Origin: an uncultured Bacteroidota bacterium
GTDB lineage: Bacteria > Bacteroidota > Bacteroidia > Bacteroidales > UBA12481
Length of the DNA: 64,000 nucleotides
Direction: 5' to 3'
Assembly: GCA_903919065.1 (NCBI GenBank)
Contig: CAIXHD010000426.1
Location: forward strand, 1,580 to 65,579
Notes under the pieces: model-generated
The model's input: only the letters and a program-made list of their open reading frames with translations
Databases searched by the model: none
What the model was told of the DNA's origin: nothing
Shown here: positions 54,471 to 63,391 of the stretch, in pieces
How positions within the stretch are numbered: the first letter of the stretch is position 1
Layout: each line of letters opens with the position of its first letter
Program-made: the position numbers and the translations under genes

Positions 54471-55838
54471 ATGTTTAAGAAATCTGCACTCATCCTCTCT
54501 GTTTTAACATTGACGTTAACCATGGGCCTTACCGGACAGGAGAACTGGTCAAACATCTTTAACGGGAAAAATCTCAAAGGATGGAAACAGATTAATGGTC
54601 AGGCAAAATATGAAGCTAAGGATGGAACAATTACGGGTTCCACCGTTCTTTCCTCACCAAACAGTTTCCTTTGTACAACAGTCAATTACTCAGATTTCAT
54701 TCTTGAATATGAAGCGCTTGGCGACCCCCAGCTTAATTCCGGAGTGCAAATCAGGAGCCATAGTTATCAGGAATATCAGAATGGCAGGGTTCATGGCTAC
54801 CAGATCGAGATTGATCCCTCAGATCGTGCCTGGAGTGCAGGGGTTTACGACGAATCGCGCCGGGGATGGTTGTATCCCCTGACTAATAATCCTGCTGCAC
54901 AAAAGGCTTTTAAGCAAAACGAATGGAACAAATATCACATTGAAGCTATCGGGCATACGATAAGAACCTGGATAAACGGTGTTCCCGCTGCGAATCTGAC
55001 CGACGATATGGATTCAACCGGATTCATCGGCCTCCAGGTGCATAACGTTGGAAATGATCCTAAAAAAGCCGGAATAAAAGTCCAGTGGAGAAATATTCGG
55101 ATTATGACGAAAGATCTCTCCAAATATGCCTGGAAAATGCCATCCACTGTTCCTGAAATATCTACCATTCCAAATACGCTGACGGAACAGGAGAAAAAGG
55201 AAGGCTGGATGCTATTGTGGGACGGTAAAACAACCGAAGGCTGGAGGGGTGCGGATAAGACTGTTTTTCCTGCAAAAGGTTGGGAAATCAAGGACAGGAT
55301 ACTCACCGTGCGTGATGGCAGTGGTGGAGAAAGCCAGAACGGGGGTGACATCGTTACGATCAGGAAGTACGGAAATTTCGAGTTAACCCTTGATTTTATG
55401 CTTACCAAGGGGGCAAACAGCGGGATAAAATATTATGTGGTTGAAGGATTGAATAACGGAACCGGTTCAGCTATTGGCCTGGAATTTCAGCTCCTCGACG
55501 ATGCCAACCACCCTGATGCAAAGCTGGGTGTTGGCGGGAACAGAACAATCGGCTCGCTATATGATCTCATACCTGCGGTTGCCGATAAAACAGTCAATCC
55601 GGTGGAAAAGTGGAACTCGGCCCGAATTATAGCAAATAACAATCATATCGAGCATTGGCTGAATGGGAAGAAAGTGGTGGAATATGATCGTGGAACGCAG
55701 ATCTACCGAGCACTGGTTCAAAAAAGCAAATATGCTGCCTATGCGAATTTCGGGGAAGCAACGGAGGGACATCTGCTCCTTCAGGACCATGGCAATAAGG
55801 TTAGCTTCAAGAATATCAAAATCAGAGAAATTAAGTAA
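54471..55838 (+). CDS. Exported protein with two DUF1080 (3-keto-disaccharide hydrolase-like) domains
   Basis: Two repeats, each beginning W..(I/L)F(N/D)GK.L.GW and ending VQWRNIRI / [11 protein letters not shown]. Signal peptide present. Confidence 0.7.
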   Translation: MFKKSALILSVLTLTLTMGLTGQENWSNIFNGKNLKGWKQINGQAKYEAKDGTITGSTVLSSPNSFLCTTVNYSDFILEYEALGDPQLNSGVQIRSHSYQEYQNGRVHGYQIEIDPSDRAWSAGVYDESRRGWLYPLTNNPAAQKAFKQNEWNKYHIEAIGHTIRTWINGVPAANLTDDMDSTGFIGLQVHNVGNDPKKAGIKVQWRNIRIMTKDLSKYAWKMPSTVPEISTIPNTLTEQEKKEGWMLLWDGKTTEGWRGADKTVFPAKGWEIKDRILTVRDGSGGESQNGGDIVTIRKYGNFELTLDFMLTKGANSGIKYYVVEGLNNGTGSAIGLEFQLLDDANHPDAKLGVGGNRTIGSLYDLIPAVADKTVNPVEKWNSARIIANNNHIEHWLNGKKVVEYDRGTQIYRALVQKSKYAAYANFGEATEGHLLLQDHGNKVSFKNIKIREIK

Positions 55839-55858
55839 TCCGACAAAACATATTAGTT

Positions 55859-58207
55859 ATGAACCTGATAAGTGCAAAATTTCTCACCACTTTGTCCATG
55901 ATAATCATGACAGTAGCCTGTGTTAAGGAAAAAGATCCTGAGGTGTCGATCATTCCCAAGCCATTAACTGTTGTCCAGACATCAGGAATATTCAAGCTAT
56001 CCACCAGTATAAAGATTGTTGTTAATAAGGATTCAGGGTTAGCGGATCAGGCTGCATTCTTAAAGAACCGGATCAAGTCGGCCACAGGATTCGATCCGGA
56101 AGTAGTTTCAGAATCAACTGGTAAAGTGATTCGTCTTCAAACTGATCAGAACCTGTCAGCCAGCCTTGGTTCGGAAGGTTATAATCTCACTGTAACGACA
56201 AAGGAGGTAGTGATTGTTGCTTCAACGCCCGCAGGAATTTTCAACGGAATACAAACACTTTTCCAACTTTTGCCTCCGGAAATATTTGGCAATAAGGTAA
56301 TTGAGGGAATAAAATGGAACATCCCTTTGGTAAAGATTTCAGATAAGCCAAGGTTTCAATGGCGGGGTTATTTGCTTGATGTCTCCCGGCACTTTTTTCC
56401 TGTCTCCTATATATATGAGGTCATTGACAATATGGCCATTCATAAACTGAACAGATTGCAATTACACCTGACTGATGATCAGGGTTGGAGAATAGAGATA
56501 AAAAAATATCCCAGGCTTACTGAAGTAGGTGCCTGGAGGGTAAATCGTGAAGACAAGCACTGGAATTCGAGGGAAGTTCAAAAGCCGGGTGAAAAAGCAA
56601 CATATGGAGGATTTTATACTCAGGACGATATCAGGAAATTCGTTGCATATGCCGCACAGCGAAATATTGTAATTGTGCCTGAAATCGAGATGCCTGCACA
56701 CTCTACAGGTGCACTGGCTTCTTATCCCGAGTATTCATGCACTGGAAATCCACTGACAGTTCTTCCAGGAGGCATCTGGCCCTGCACAAATATCTTTTGT
56801 GCCGGTAAAGAAGAAACTTTTGCTTTTCTGCAGGATGTTCTGACCGAGGTTGTTCAGCTCTTTCCATCGGAGTATATCCATATCGGAGGGGATGAAGCCG
56901 ATAAATCGCAATGGACAAGTTGCCCCGCCTGTAAAAAAAGGATGAAAGCCGAAGGGCTGAAGAGTGAAAAGGAACTTCAGAGTTATTTTATCCGGAGGAT
57001 TGAAAAATTCCTGAACTCCCAGGGGCGTCAGTTAATTGGGTGGGACGAAATTCTTGAAGGCGGACTGGCTCCAAATGCAGCGGTCATGTCATGGAGAGGT
57101 ACGGAAGGCGGTATAGCTGCTGCAAAAGCCGGCCATCCTGTTGTAATGACCCCGACAGCCTATTGTTATATCGATTATTACCAGGGAAGTCCCGAAAGTG
57201 AACCATTGGCCATCGGAGGATATCTGCCTCTGGAAAAAGTATATTCTTTTGACCCGGTACCGCAGGGGTTAACAGCTGATGAAGCGAAGATGGTACTGGG
57301 AGCACAGGCAAACCTGTGGACTGAATATGTTGCAGATTCTTCCCATGCAAATTATATGACTTATCCGAGATTGACCGCGCTGGCTGAAATTTGCTGGACC
57401 TCTCCGGGCGAAAAGAATTTTGACGATTTCTCATTGCGCCTTGGAAAACAGCTCAAGCGGTTTGATGCCCGGGGGCTCAATTACTCAAAAAGCTTCAGCG
57501 CAGTAAACATTGTTACCGGTTACAATTCTGAAAAGAACCAGGTTGAGGTAACCCTGAAATCCGGCTTTCCGGGAACTGAGATCCGATATACTCTGGATGG
57601 TACCGACCCACTCCAATCAAGCCAGGTTTATTCAGCGCCCTTGATTATCAGTAAAACCTCCGTGATAAAAACTGCTGCATTTTCGAATGGCAAACCATTG
57701 TCGGCGGTAACCGAAAAAAACGTAATGATTCATCTTGCCACAGGAAGGGATGTTAAGTATACAAACCAATGGTCCGACGCTTACCCCGGAGGTGGCAAAT
57801 TTGCCTTGGTAAATGGTATTCGGGGAACTATCAATATGTCCGATGGAAGCTGGCAGGGTTTTGAAGGAACCGATCTGATTGCTGAGATTGACCTTGGATC
57901 TGTTCAACCCATTAAAAAGTTAACTGTTGGTGCTTTGCAGGCTATTGGAAGCTGGATATTTTTACCCACTCAGGTCGACATTTCACTGGCAACTGATCCC
58001 GGAGTTTACCTCCCGGCGGGAACAGCCATAAACAAAATCGATCCAAAAAATGGTGATCGCACGGTGATTGATTTTTCTGTTGAGATCCCATCCACACAAG
58101 CTCGTTATGTTCGTGTACACGCCAAAAATCTAGGAAAATGTCCTGATTGGCATGCTGGTAAAGGTGGCCCTGCCTGGCTTTTCGTAGATGAAATTATTGT
58201 AGAATAA
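55859..58207 (+). CDS. GH20 beta-N-acetylhexosaminidase with C-terminal F5/8 type C (discoidin)-like domain
   Basis: RGYLLDVSRHF, LHLTDDQGWRIEIKKYP and HIGGDEAD catalytic blocks, with a C-terminal ...YVRVHAKN...WLFVDEIIVE module. Confidence 0.87.
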   Translation: MNLISAKFLTTLSMIIMTVACVKEKDPEVSIIPKPLTVVQTSGIFKLSTSIKIVVNKDSGLADQAAFLKNRIKSATGFDPEVVSESTGKVIRLQTDQNLSASLGSEGYNLTVTTKEVVIVASTPAGIFNGIQTLFQLLPPEIFGNKVIEGIKWNIPLVKISDKPRFQWRGYLLDVSRHFFPVSYIYEVIDNMAIHKLNRLQLHLTDDQGWRIEIKKYPRLTEVGAWRVNREDKHWNSREVQKPGEKATYGGFYTQDDIRKFVAYAAQRNIVIVPEIEMPAHSTGALASYPEYSCTGNPLTVLPGGIWPCTNIFCAGKEETFAFLQDVLTEVVQLFPSEYIHIGGDEADKSQWTSCPACKKRMKAEGLKSEKELQSYFIRRIEKFLNSQGRQLIGWDEILEGGLAPNAAVMSWRGTEGGIAAAKAGHPVVMTPTAYCYIDYYQGSPESEPLAIGGYLPLEKVYSFDPVPQGLTADEAKMVLGAQANLWTEYVADSSHANYMTYPRLTALAEICWTSPGEKNFDDFSLRLGKQLKRFDARGLNYSKSFSAVNIVTGYNSEKNQVEVTLKSGFPGTEIRYTLDGTDPLQSSQVYSAPLIISKTSVIKTAAFSNGKPLSAVTEKNVMIHLATGRDVKYTNQWSDAYPGGGKFALVNGIRGTINMSDGSWQGFEGTDLIAEIDLGSVQPIKKLTVGALQAIGSWIFLPTQVDISLATDPGVYLPAGTAINKIDPKNGDRTVIDFSVEIPSTQARYVRVHAKNLGKCPDWHAGKGGPAWLFVDEIIVE

Positions 58208-58214
58208 AAAAATA

Positions 58215-59651
58215 ATGAGAACACCGAGTCTATTATTATCAGCACTGCTGTTCACCTGCTCGCTGCAGGCACAGCACGAAGTCAGCAAGAAATATTATGC
58301 TCCAACGGATCCTCTCGTAGCTGCAAAGCTTGAGCAGTGGCAGGATTTAAAATTCGGCCTTCTGATGCATTGGGGGCCCTATAGTCAATGGGGCATTGTT
58401 GAATCCTGGTCGATATGTTCCGAGGATGAAGGATGGTGTGAAAGGCCGGAGGAGGATTATATCGGTTATAAGAAGAAATATGAAGGGTTACAAAGCACAT
58501 TCAATCCAACAGAATTTGATCCTGCGAAATGGGCTAAAGCTGCGGCAGGTGCAGGCATGAAATACGTGGTATTTACTACCAAGCACCACGATGGATTCTG
58601 CATGTTTGATACCAAATACACCGATTATAAAATCACGGATCCAAAGACCCCGTTCAGCAAAAATCCAAAAGCCAATGCTGCCAAAGAAATTTTCAATGCT
58701 TTTCGGGCTGAGGGAATGTGGGCTGGTGCCTATTTCAGCAAACCCGACTGGCATTCGCCATATTACTGGTGGCCGAATTTTGCCACACCTGACCGGAATG
58801 TTAATTATGACGTGAAGAAATATCCCGATCGTTGGGAAAAATTTGTTCAGTATAGCCAAAACCAGATCATGGAATTGATGACCGACTATGGAAAGATCGA
58901 CATCCTGTGGCTGGACGGGGGCTGGGTTGAAAAACTCTCAACCGAGCAGATAAAAGGCTATATCAATTCACCAGATTACAAGTTCATGCACGTTCAGAAT
59001 CAGGATATCAGGATGGATGAACTCGCTGCCAGGGCGCGCAAGGCACAGCCCGGACTTATTGTAGTGGATCGTGCTGTGGAGGGTCCTAACCAAAATTACC
59101 TGACTCCGGAAAATCAGGTCCCTAAAGAATCCCTGTCCTATCCATGGGAATCGTGCATGATCATGGGAGGTGGATGGTCCTACTCATTCAATGCCAATTA
59201 TAAATCCAGCCGTGAACTTGTTCACCTTCTTGTTGATATTGTTGCTAAAGGAGGTAACTTGCTGCTGAACATCGCCCCAAGTCCGAAGGGTACCTGGGAC
59301 AATGCAGCCTACGAACGGCTTCAAGACATAGGTAAATGGATGGATATCAATAAAGAAGCTATTTACGGCACCCGAAAAATTGCACCCTATAATGAAGGAT
59401 CAATCTATTTTACAAGCAAAAAGGACGACAGTGCCCGCTACATTCTTTACTGCCTGAAGGAAGGTGAAAAAATACCGGAAGAATTCCTGGTTACCGGTCT
59501 GGATGCAGGTAAAAGTCCGACTATAGAAGTTCTGGGATATAAGGGAAAAGTAAACTACAGCCGATCTGAAAAGGGATTGGTAATTAAAGTACCGAAAACA
59601 CTGCAAAAGGAAACCATTATCCCTTACGCGGTTGTATTCAAGTTAAGATAA
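58215..59651 (+). CDS. GH29 alpha-L-fucosidase
   Basis: KFGLLMHWGPYSQWG, YVVFTTKHHDGFCMFDT and ILWLDGGW motifs. Signal peptide present. Confidence 0.87.
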   Translation: MRTPSLLLSALLFTCSLQAQHEVSKKYYAPTDPLVAAKLEQWQDLKFGLLMHWGPYSQWGIVESWSICSEDEGWCERPEEDYIGYKKKYEGLQSTFNPTEFDPAKWAKAAAGAGMKYVVFTTKHHDGFCMFDTKYTDYKITDPKTPFSKNPKANAAKEIFNAFRAEGMWAGAYFSKPDWHSPYYWWPNFATPDRNVNYDVKKYPDRWEKFVQYSQNQIMELMTDYGKIDILWLDGGWVEKLSTEQIKGYINSPDYKFMHVQNQDIRMDELAARARKAQPGLIVVDRAVEGPNQNYLTPENQVPKESLSYPWESCMIMGGGWSYSFNANYKSSRELVHLLVDIVAKGGNLLLNIAPSPKGTWDNAAYERLQDIGKWMDINKEAIYGTRKIAPYNEGSIYFTSKKDDSARYILYCLKEGEKIPEEFLVTGLDAGKSPTIEVLGYKGKVNYSRSEKGLVIKVPKTLQKETIIPYAVVFKLR

Positions 59652-59662
59652 CTCTGCAAGAA

Positions 59663-60811
59663 ATGCGGCAAAATAAGGTTAAGTCGAAGCATAAGGTTGA
59701 GGAGCTCGAGTATATTATCAGTAATATACCCGATTTGGTTATGCAGATTGACAGCAACGCCAGAATTTCCTTTATCAATGCCGCATCTGTCCTGTTTTTT
59801 AATAAACCCCCTGAGCTTCTGATTGGACGTGATTTAGAATCAGTAATTATTGAAGAAGGTCTTACCCCCTTAGATATTAATATTGTCAGAGGAGTAATCC
59901 AAAACCGTCAGGCAGAGATAATTGAAGGACAGATTATTTCAAACCAGGGCATGTTAAAAAATATTGAGATCAGGGTAATTCCAGAGCCTTTCGGATTAAG
60001 CAAGGAGTCGCATCTCGTGTTGCTTATCAGAGATAATACGCTGAGAAAGGAAGCTGAAAGAAAGATGCTGCTGGCTATTCAGAAGGCTCAGGAAAGCGAT
60101 TCATTGAAATCTGCTTTTCTTGCTAACATGTCACATGAGATCCGAACCCCGCTCAACGCCATAGTAGGCTTTTCACAAATCATTGTCGACAAGAATATTG
60201 ATCAGGAAGAGCAGGAACGATTTTTCCAGTATATTCAGGAAAACAGTAATCAGCTCATTAATCTGGTAAATGACATTATCGATCTATCAAAACTCGAAAG
60301 CAATCAACTGGTAATCAGGGAATCCATGACGGAATTAAACCAATTGATGTATGAATTAAAGGTAATGGCAGAGCATGAGAAAAAAACCCGTGAGAAAGAC
60401 CATATCCTGGTTTTCATGGAAACCGATCTTCTCGACAATAATGGGTTGATATACATTGATCAATACCGGCTAAAGCAAATCCTCACTAACCTTTTAGTGA
60501 ATGCCATAAAATTTACACCGAAAGGATATATTCATTTCGGTTACCGGCTTAAAGACAATGACACTTTACTGTTTTTCATCAGGGACACCGGCATCGGTAT
60601 CCCTAAAAACAAGCAAAAAGAGATTTTTCAATATTTTCATCAACTGGAAAATACGCTCAACAGGTCAAACTCCGGCACGGGTTTAGGGCTGGCAATTTGC
60701 AAAAAGCTGGTCGAACTGATGAATGGTACCATCTGGCTCCAATCGGACCCCGGCAAAGGCACCAGTTTCTTTATGACTTTACCTTATCATACAGCTTTGC
60801 CCAATTCCTGA
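59663..60811 (+). CDS. Cytoplasmic PAS-domain sensor histidine kinase (no cognate regulator in window)
   Basis: PAS-like N-terminal half, H-box FLANMSHEIRTPLNAI, and N/G boxes (LTNLLVNAIKFT, DTGIGI, GTGLGLAICK). No TM segment. Confidence 0.85.
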   Translation: MRQNKVKSKHKVEELEYIISNIPDLVMQIDSNARISFINAASVLFFNKPPELLIGRDLESVIIEEGLTPLDINIVRGVIQNRQAEIIEGQIISNQGMLKNIEIRVIPEPFGLSKESHLVLLIRDNTLRKEAERKMLLAIQKAQESDSLKSAFLANMSHEIRTPLNAIVGFSQIIVDKNIDQEEQERFFQYIQENSNQLINLVNDIIDLSKLESNQLVIRESMTELNQLMYELKVMAEHEKKTREKDHILVFMETDLLDNNGLIYIDQYRLKQILTNLLVNAIKFTPKGYIHFGYRLKDNDTLLFFIRDTGIGIPKNKQKEIFQYFHQLENTLNRSNSGTGLGLAICKKLVELMNGTIWLQSDPGKGTSFFMTLPYHTALPNS

Positions 60812-61802
60812 CAGGCCGGTTTTTCCAATCCCCGTTGTGATAAACATAACTGACCATTAACGGCAATACGGTTGTAGCTTCAGCATAGACCATCTGCTCA
60901 TAAATGGTTTCCACTTTACCCCATGAACTGGCTTCTTTAAGGGTAGATGAGGAACATGCACCATCCCTGACGTCGGCTACGGTAATTTGGACAGCATATT
61001 GATGCATAGGAACTTCTTTCCCCAGGATTTCAGCACAAACGACTGTATCCTGTGCAAAATTCTTAGGCACACCTCCACCGATCATGAATAAACCGGAAGT
61101 CGGTGCATCCATCTTGATCATGGTCAGTTCGCGAAAATCCCTGACACTGTCAATAGAAACATGATTGTCCGGGCGTTCCCACTGGTGTTTTACCAAACCA
61201 AAACCGGCACTGCTGTCTGAAAATGCAGGGCAGAATATCGGAACTCCCATTTCGTAGCAAGTCTGAATGAGCGAATCTTTTTTCACTGAGTGTTCAGTGA
61301 GGTATTTTCCCAGTTCCCAAATAAATTCGCGTGAAGAATATGGACGAGGCTCCAGCTGGTCAGCTACCTCTTTTATCGCTGAATCACAATTCTGCAATTC
61401 TTCTTCATCAATAAAAGTATCATAAATCCGATCGATGTAGCGGCTTCGCAGTTCACTGTCGAGTATATCCATGCGCCCACGGTAGTGCTTGAATCCAATG
61501 GCTTCAAAGAAATCCATATCGATAATGGAGGCACCTGTGGCAACGATTACGTCGACCATTTTATTCCTGACCATATCAACATAAACCTGCATGCAACCTC
61601 CGGCGCTGGTGCTTCCGGCAAGGGTTAACATAACTGTGCAATCCTTATTATTAACCATTCTCATCAGGATATCTGTAGCGTTTGCTGTATCGCGCGATGA
61701 GAACGACATTTTGCGCATTGCGTCAATAATCTTTGTTGAATCGAATGACTTGATATCGATATGTTCGATAACTTCGTTCAGGAGTTCTTTCTTGTTGCTC
61801 AT
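60771..61802 (-). CDS. Deoxyhypusine synthase family protein (possible homospermidine-synthase-like enzyme)
   Basis: 343 aa. LTLAGSTSAGGC...VDVIVATGASIIDMDFFEA and GGGVPKNF match the DHS fold. The ATG lies 2 nt after the agmatinase stop. The 3' end overlaps the kinase gene by 41 nt. Confidence 0.8.
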   Translation of the reverse strand: MSNKKELLNEVIEHIDIKSFDSTKIIDAMRKMSFSSRDTANATDILMRMVNNKDCTVMLTLAGSTSAGGCMQVYVDMVRNKMVDVIVATGASIIDMDFFEAIGFKHYRGRMDILDSELRSRYIDRIYDTFIDEEELQNCDSAIKEVADQLEPRPYSSREFIWELGKYLTEHSVKKDSLIQTCYEMGVPIFCPAFSDSSAGFGLVKHQWERPDNHVSIDSVRDFRELTMIKMDAPTSGLFMIGGGVPKNFAQDTVVCAEILGKEVPMHQYAVQITVADVRDGACSSSTLKEASSWGKVETIYEQMVYAEATTVLPLMVSYVYHNGDWKNRPVRNWAKLYDKVKS

Positions 61803-61804
61803 AA

Positions 61805-62644
61805 TTACTTAGATATCAGGCTGATTAATTGATAAACCAATTTTGAAGCTAAAAAATCGGAAGACTTTTCAGTTGAATTCGGACACAACTCCACGGCATC
61901 CAGGGCTATGATCTGGTGACGTTTAATTACATAATCAAGGAAACGGTATACTTCATAATAAAGCATTCCACCGGGCTCCGGGGTGCCGGTTGAAGGCAAT
62001 ACCGACGGGTCAAAAACATCCAGATCTATGGTAATGTATATTGGACCGGAAAGGAGTTTATCAGCAGTTTCCCACCAATCGTTCCTTCCACAAATATCGT
62101 GTGCATAGAAAATGCGGCCGGGTTGCAGGAAAGGCAATTCATCCGTACACATCGAACGGATACCTACCTGAACAATATCAGCCACTTCAGCTGCCCGGGC
62201 CATAATGCTTGCATGACTCAGCGGACTCCCTTCGTATTCGGGCCGAAGATCAGTATGGGCGTCAAACTGAAGAACTGTAATTTTACCATAATGGGCGGCA
62301 CAGGCGCGTATGGAACCGATACTAACCGAGTGATTTCCTCCGATAATAACCGGAAACTTTCCATCAGCGAGAATACCGGCGACAGCTGACTGAACCTCTT
62401 CCACCATAATCTCCGGATCGCTTCCTAATCCAACCGGATCAGCAGTATGAATACCTTCAAGGTATACTTCGCGCTTTGTCTGAATATCATAAAGCTCCAT
62501 ATTCGCTGAGGCTTCCATAATAGCATCAGGACCGCGGTCGGCGCCCCTGATCCAGGTGCTTGTTGCATCATATGGGACTGGGAGAATGACTACAGGTGAT
62601 GACTCATAGTCAGAATATTGTTCTTCGATTCCGCCGAAATTCAT
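61805..62644 (-). CDS. speB: Agmatinase (ureohydrolase family)
   Basis: IGGNHSVS, FDAHTDLR, ITIDLDVFDPS and PEPGGM Mn-ligand blocks. ATG 62644 (MNFGGIEE...) is preferred over the track's TTG 62680, which lies in the promoter motif. Confidence 0.85.
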   Translation of the reverse strand: MNFGGIEEQYSDYESSPVVILPVPYDATSTWIRGADRGPDAIMEASANMELYDIQTKREVYLEGIHTADPVGLGSDPEIMVEEVQSAVAGILADGKFPVIIGGNHSVSIGSIRACAAHYGKITVLQFDAHTDLRPEYEGSPLSHASIMARAAEVADIVQVGIRSMCTDELPFLQPGRIFYAHDICGRNDWWETADKLLSGPIYITIDLDVFDPSVLPSTGTPEPGGMLYYEVYRFLDYVIKRHQIIALDAVELCPNSTEKSSDFLASKLVYQLISLISK

Positions 62645-62677
62645 TATTGAAATTTTTCGTTCATAGTTAATGGGCTG

Positions 62678-62685
62678 CAAAGATA
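62678..62685 (-). promoter_or_regulatory. Bacteroidota-type -7 promoter element TAnnTTTG (TATCTTTG) for the speB/DHS-like operon
   Basis: Exact motif on the minus strand, 33 nt upstream of ATG 62644. Confidence 0.45.
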
Positions 62686-62760
62686 TGTCAAAATTGATTT
62701 ATCATCAGATTTCCCCAACTTTTTTCCCAAATTGCCCTTCAAACCAATGCAAAATCCAAG

Positions 62761-63376
62761 ATGGATATCCTGAACAAAATAAAAAAGATCCAGTCGCTTT
62801 CAGAAATCGGCACACATTATTCAAAGAACGACTTCGATTTGCTGCGTTATAAGGAAATTTCCGATTTGTGTTTCTCTGTTCTTGGACAGATGACGGATTT
62901 GCCCGAAGAAGAATTAAAGGTTAAGATGATCGAAACCGATGGATACAAAACGCCCAAAGTGGATGTACGGGCAGTTGTTTTTAACGACAAGGATGAGATT
63001 CTGATGGTGAGGGAAAAAATTGATGACTGCTGGTCAATGCCCGGTGGATGGGCCGATATTGGCTATACCCCCCTCTGAGGTGGCGGTTAAGGAATCACGG
63101 GAAGAGGCAGGAGCAGAGGTTAAACCTGTGAGGCTGCTGGGTATCCTCGACAAGCGCTGTCATGATCATCCTGCAGATATCTACTATATTTATAAAGTAT
63201 TTATTGAATGTGATTTTATCAGCTGGGTAGGCTCAGATAATATGGAGACCTCGGATTACGGGTTTTTTAGTCTGGGAAATCTCCCACCCTTATCGACCCC
63301 ACGGAATACCATCGCCCAAATGCGAACCCTGTTTGATTATCATAACGGGGCACTTACTGAACCCATGTTCGACTAA
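62761..63376 (+). pseudogene. NUDIX hydrolase (with N-terminal helical domain) interrupted by a +1 frameshift in a C6 run
   Basis: ORFs 62761-63078 and 63020-63376 together encode one protein. The Nudix box is split: PGGWADIGYTP (frame 1) | SEVAVKESREEAGAEV (frame 2). Removing one C from CCCCCC at 63068-63073 restores the continuous GGWADIGYTPSEVAVKESREEAG. Confidence 0.7.
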
Positions 63377-63391
63377 GCACCCCGTATCGAC

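Noticed and set aside
54935-55408. 157-aa ORF on the minus strand
   Set aside because: It is antisense to the double-DUF1080 gene, which has clear repeated domain signatures on the plus strand.
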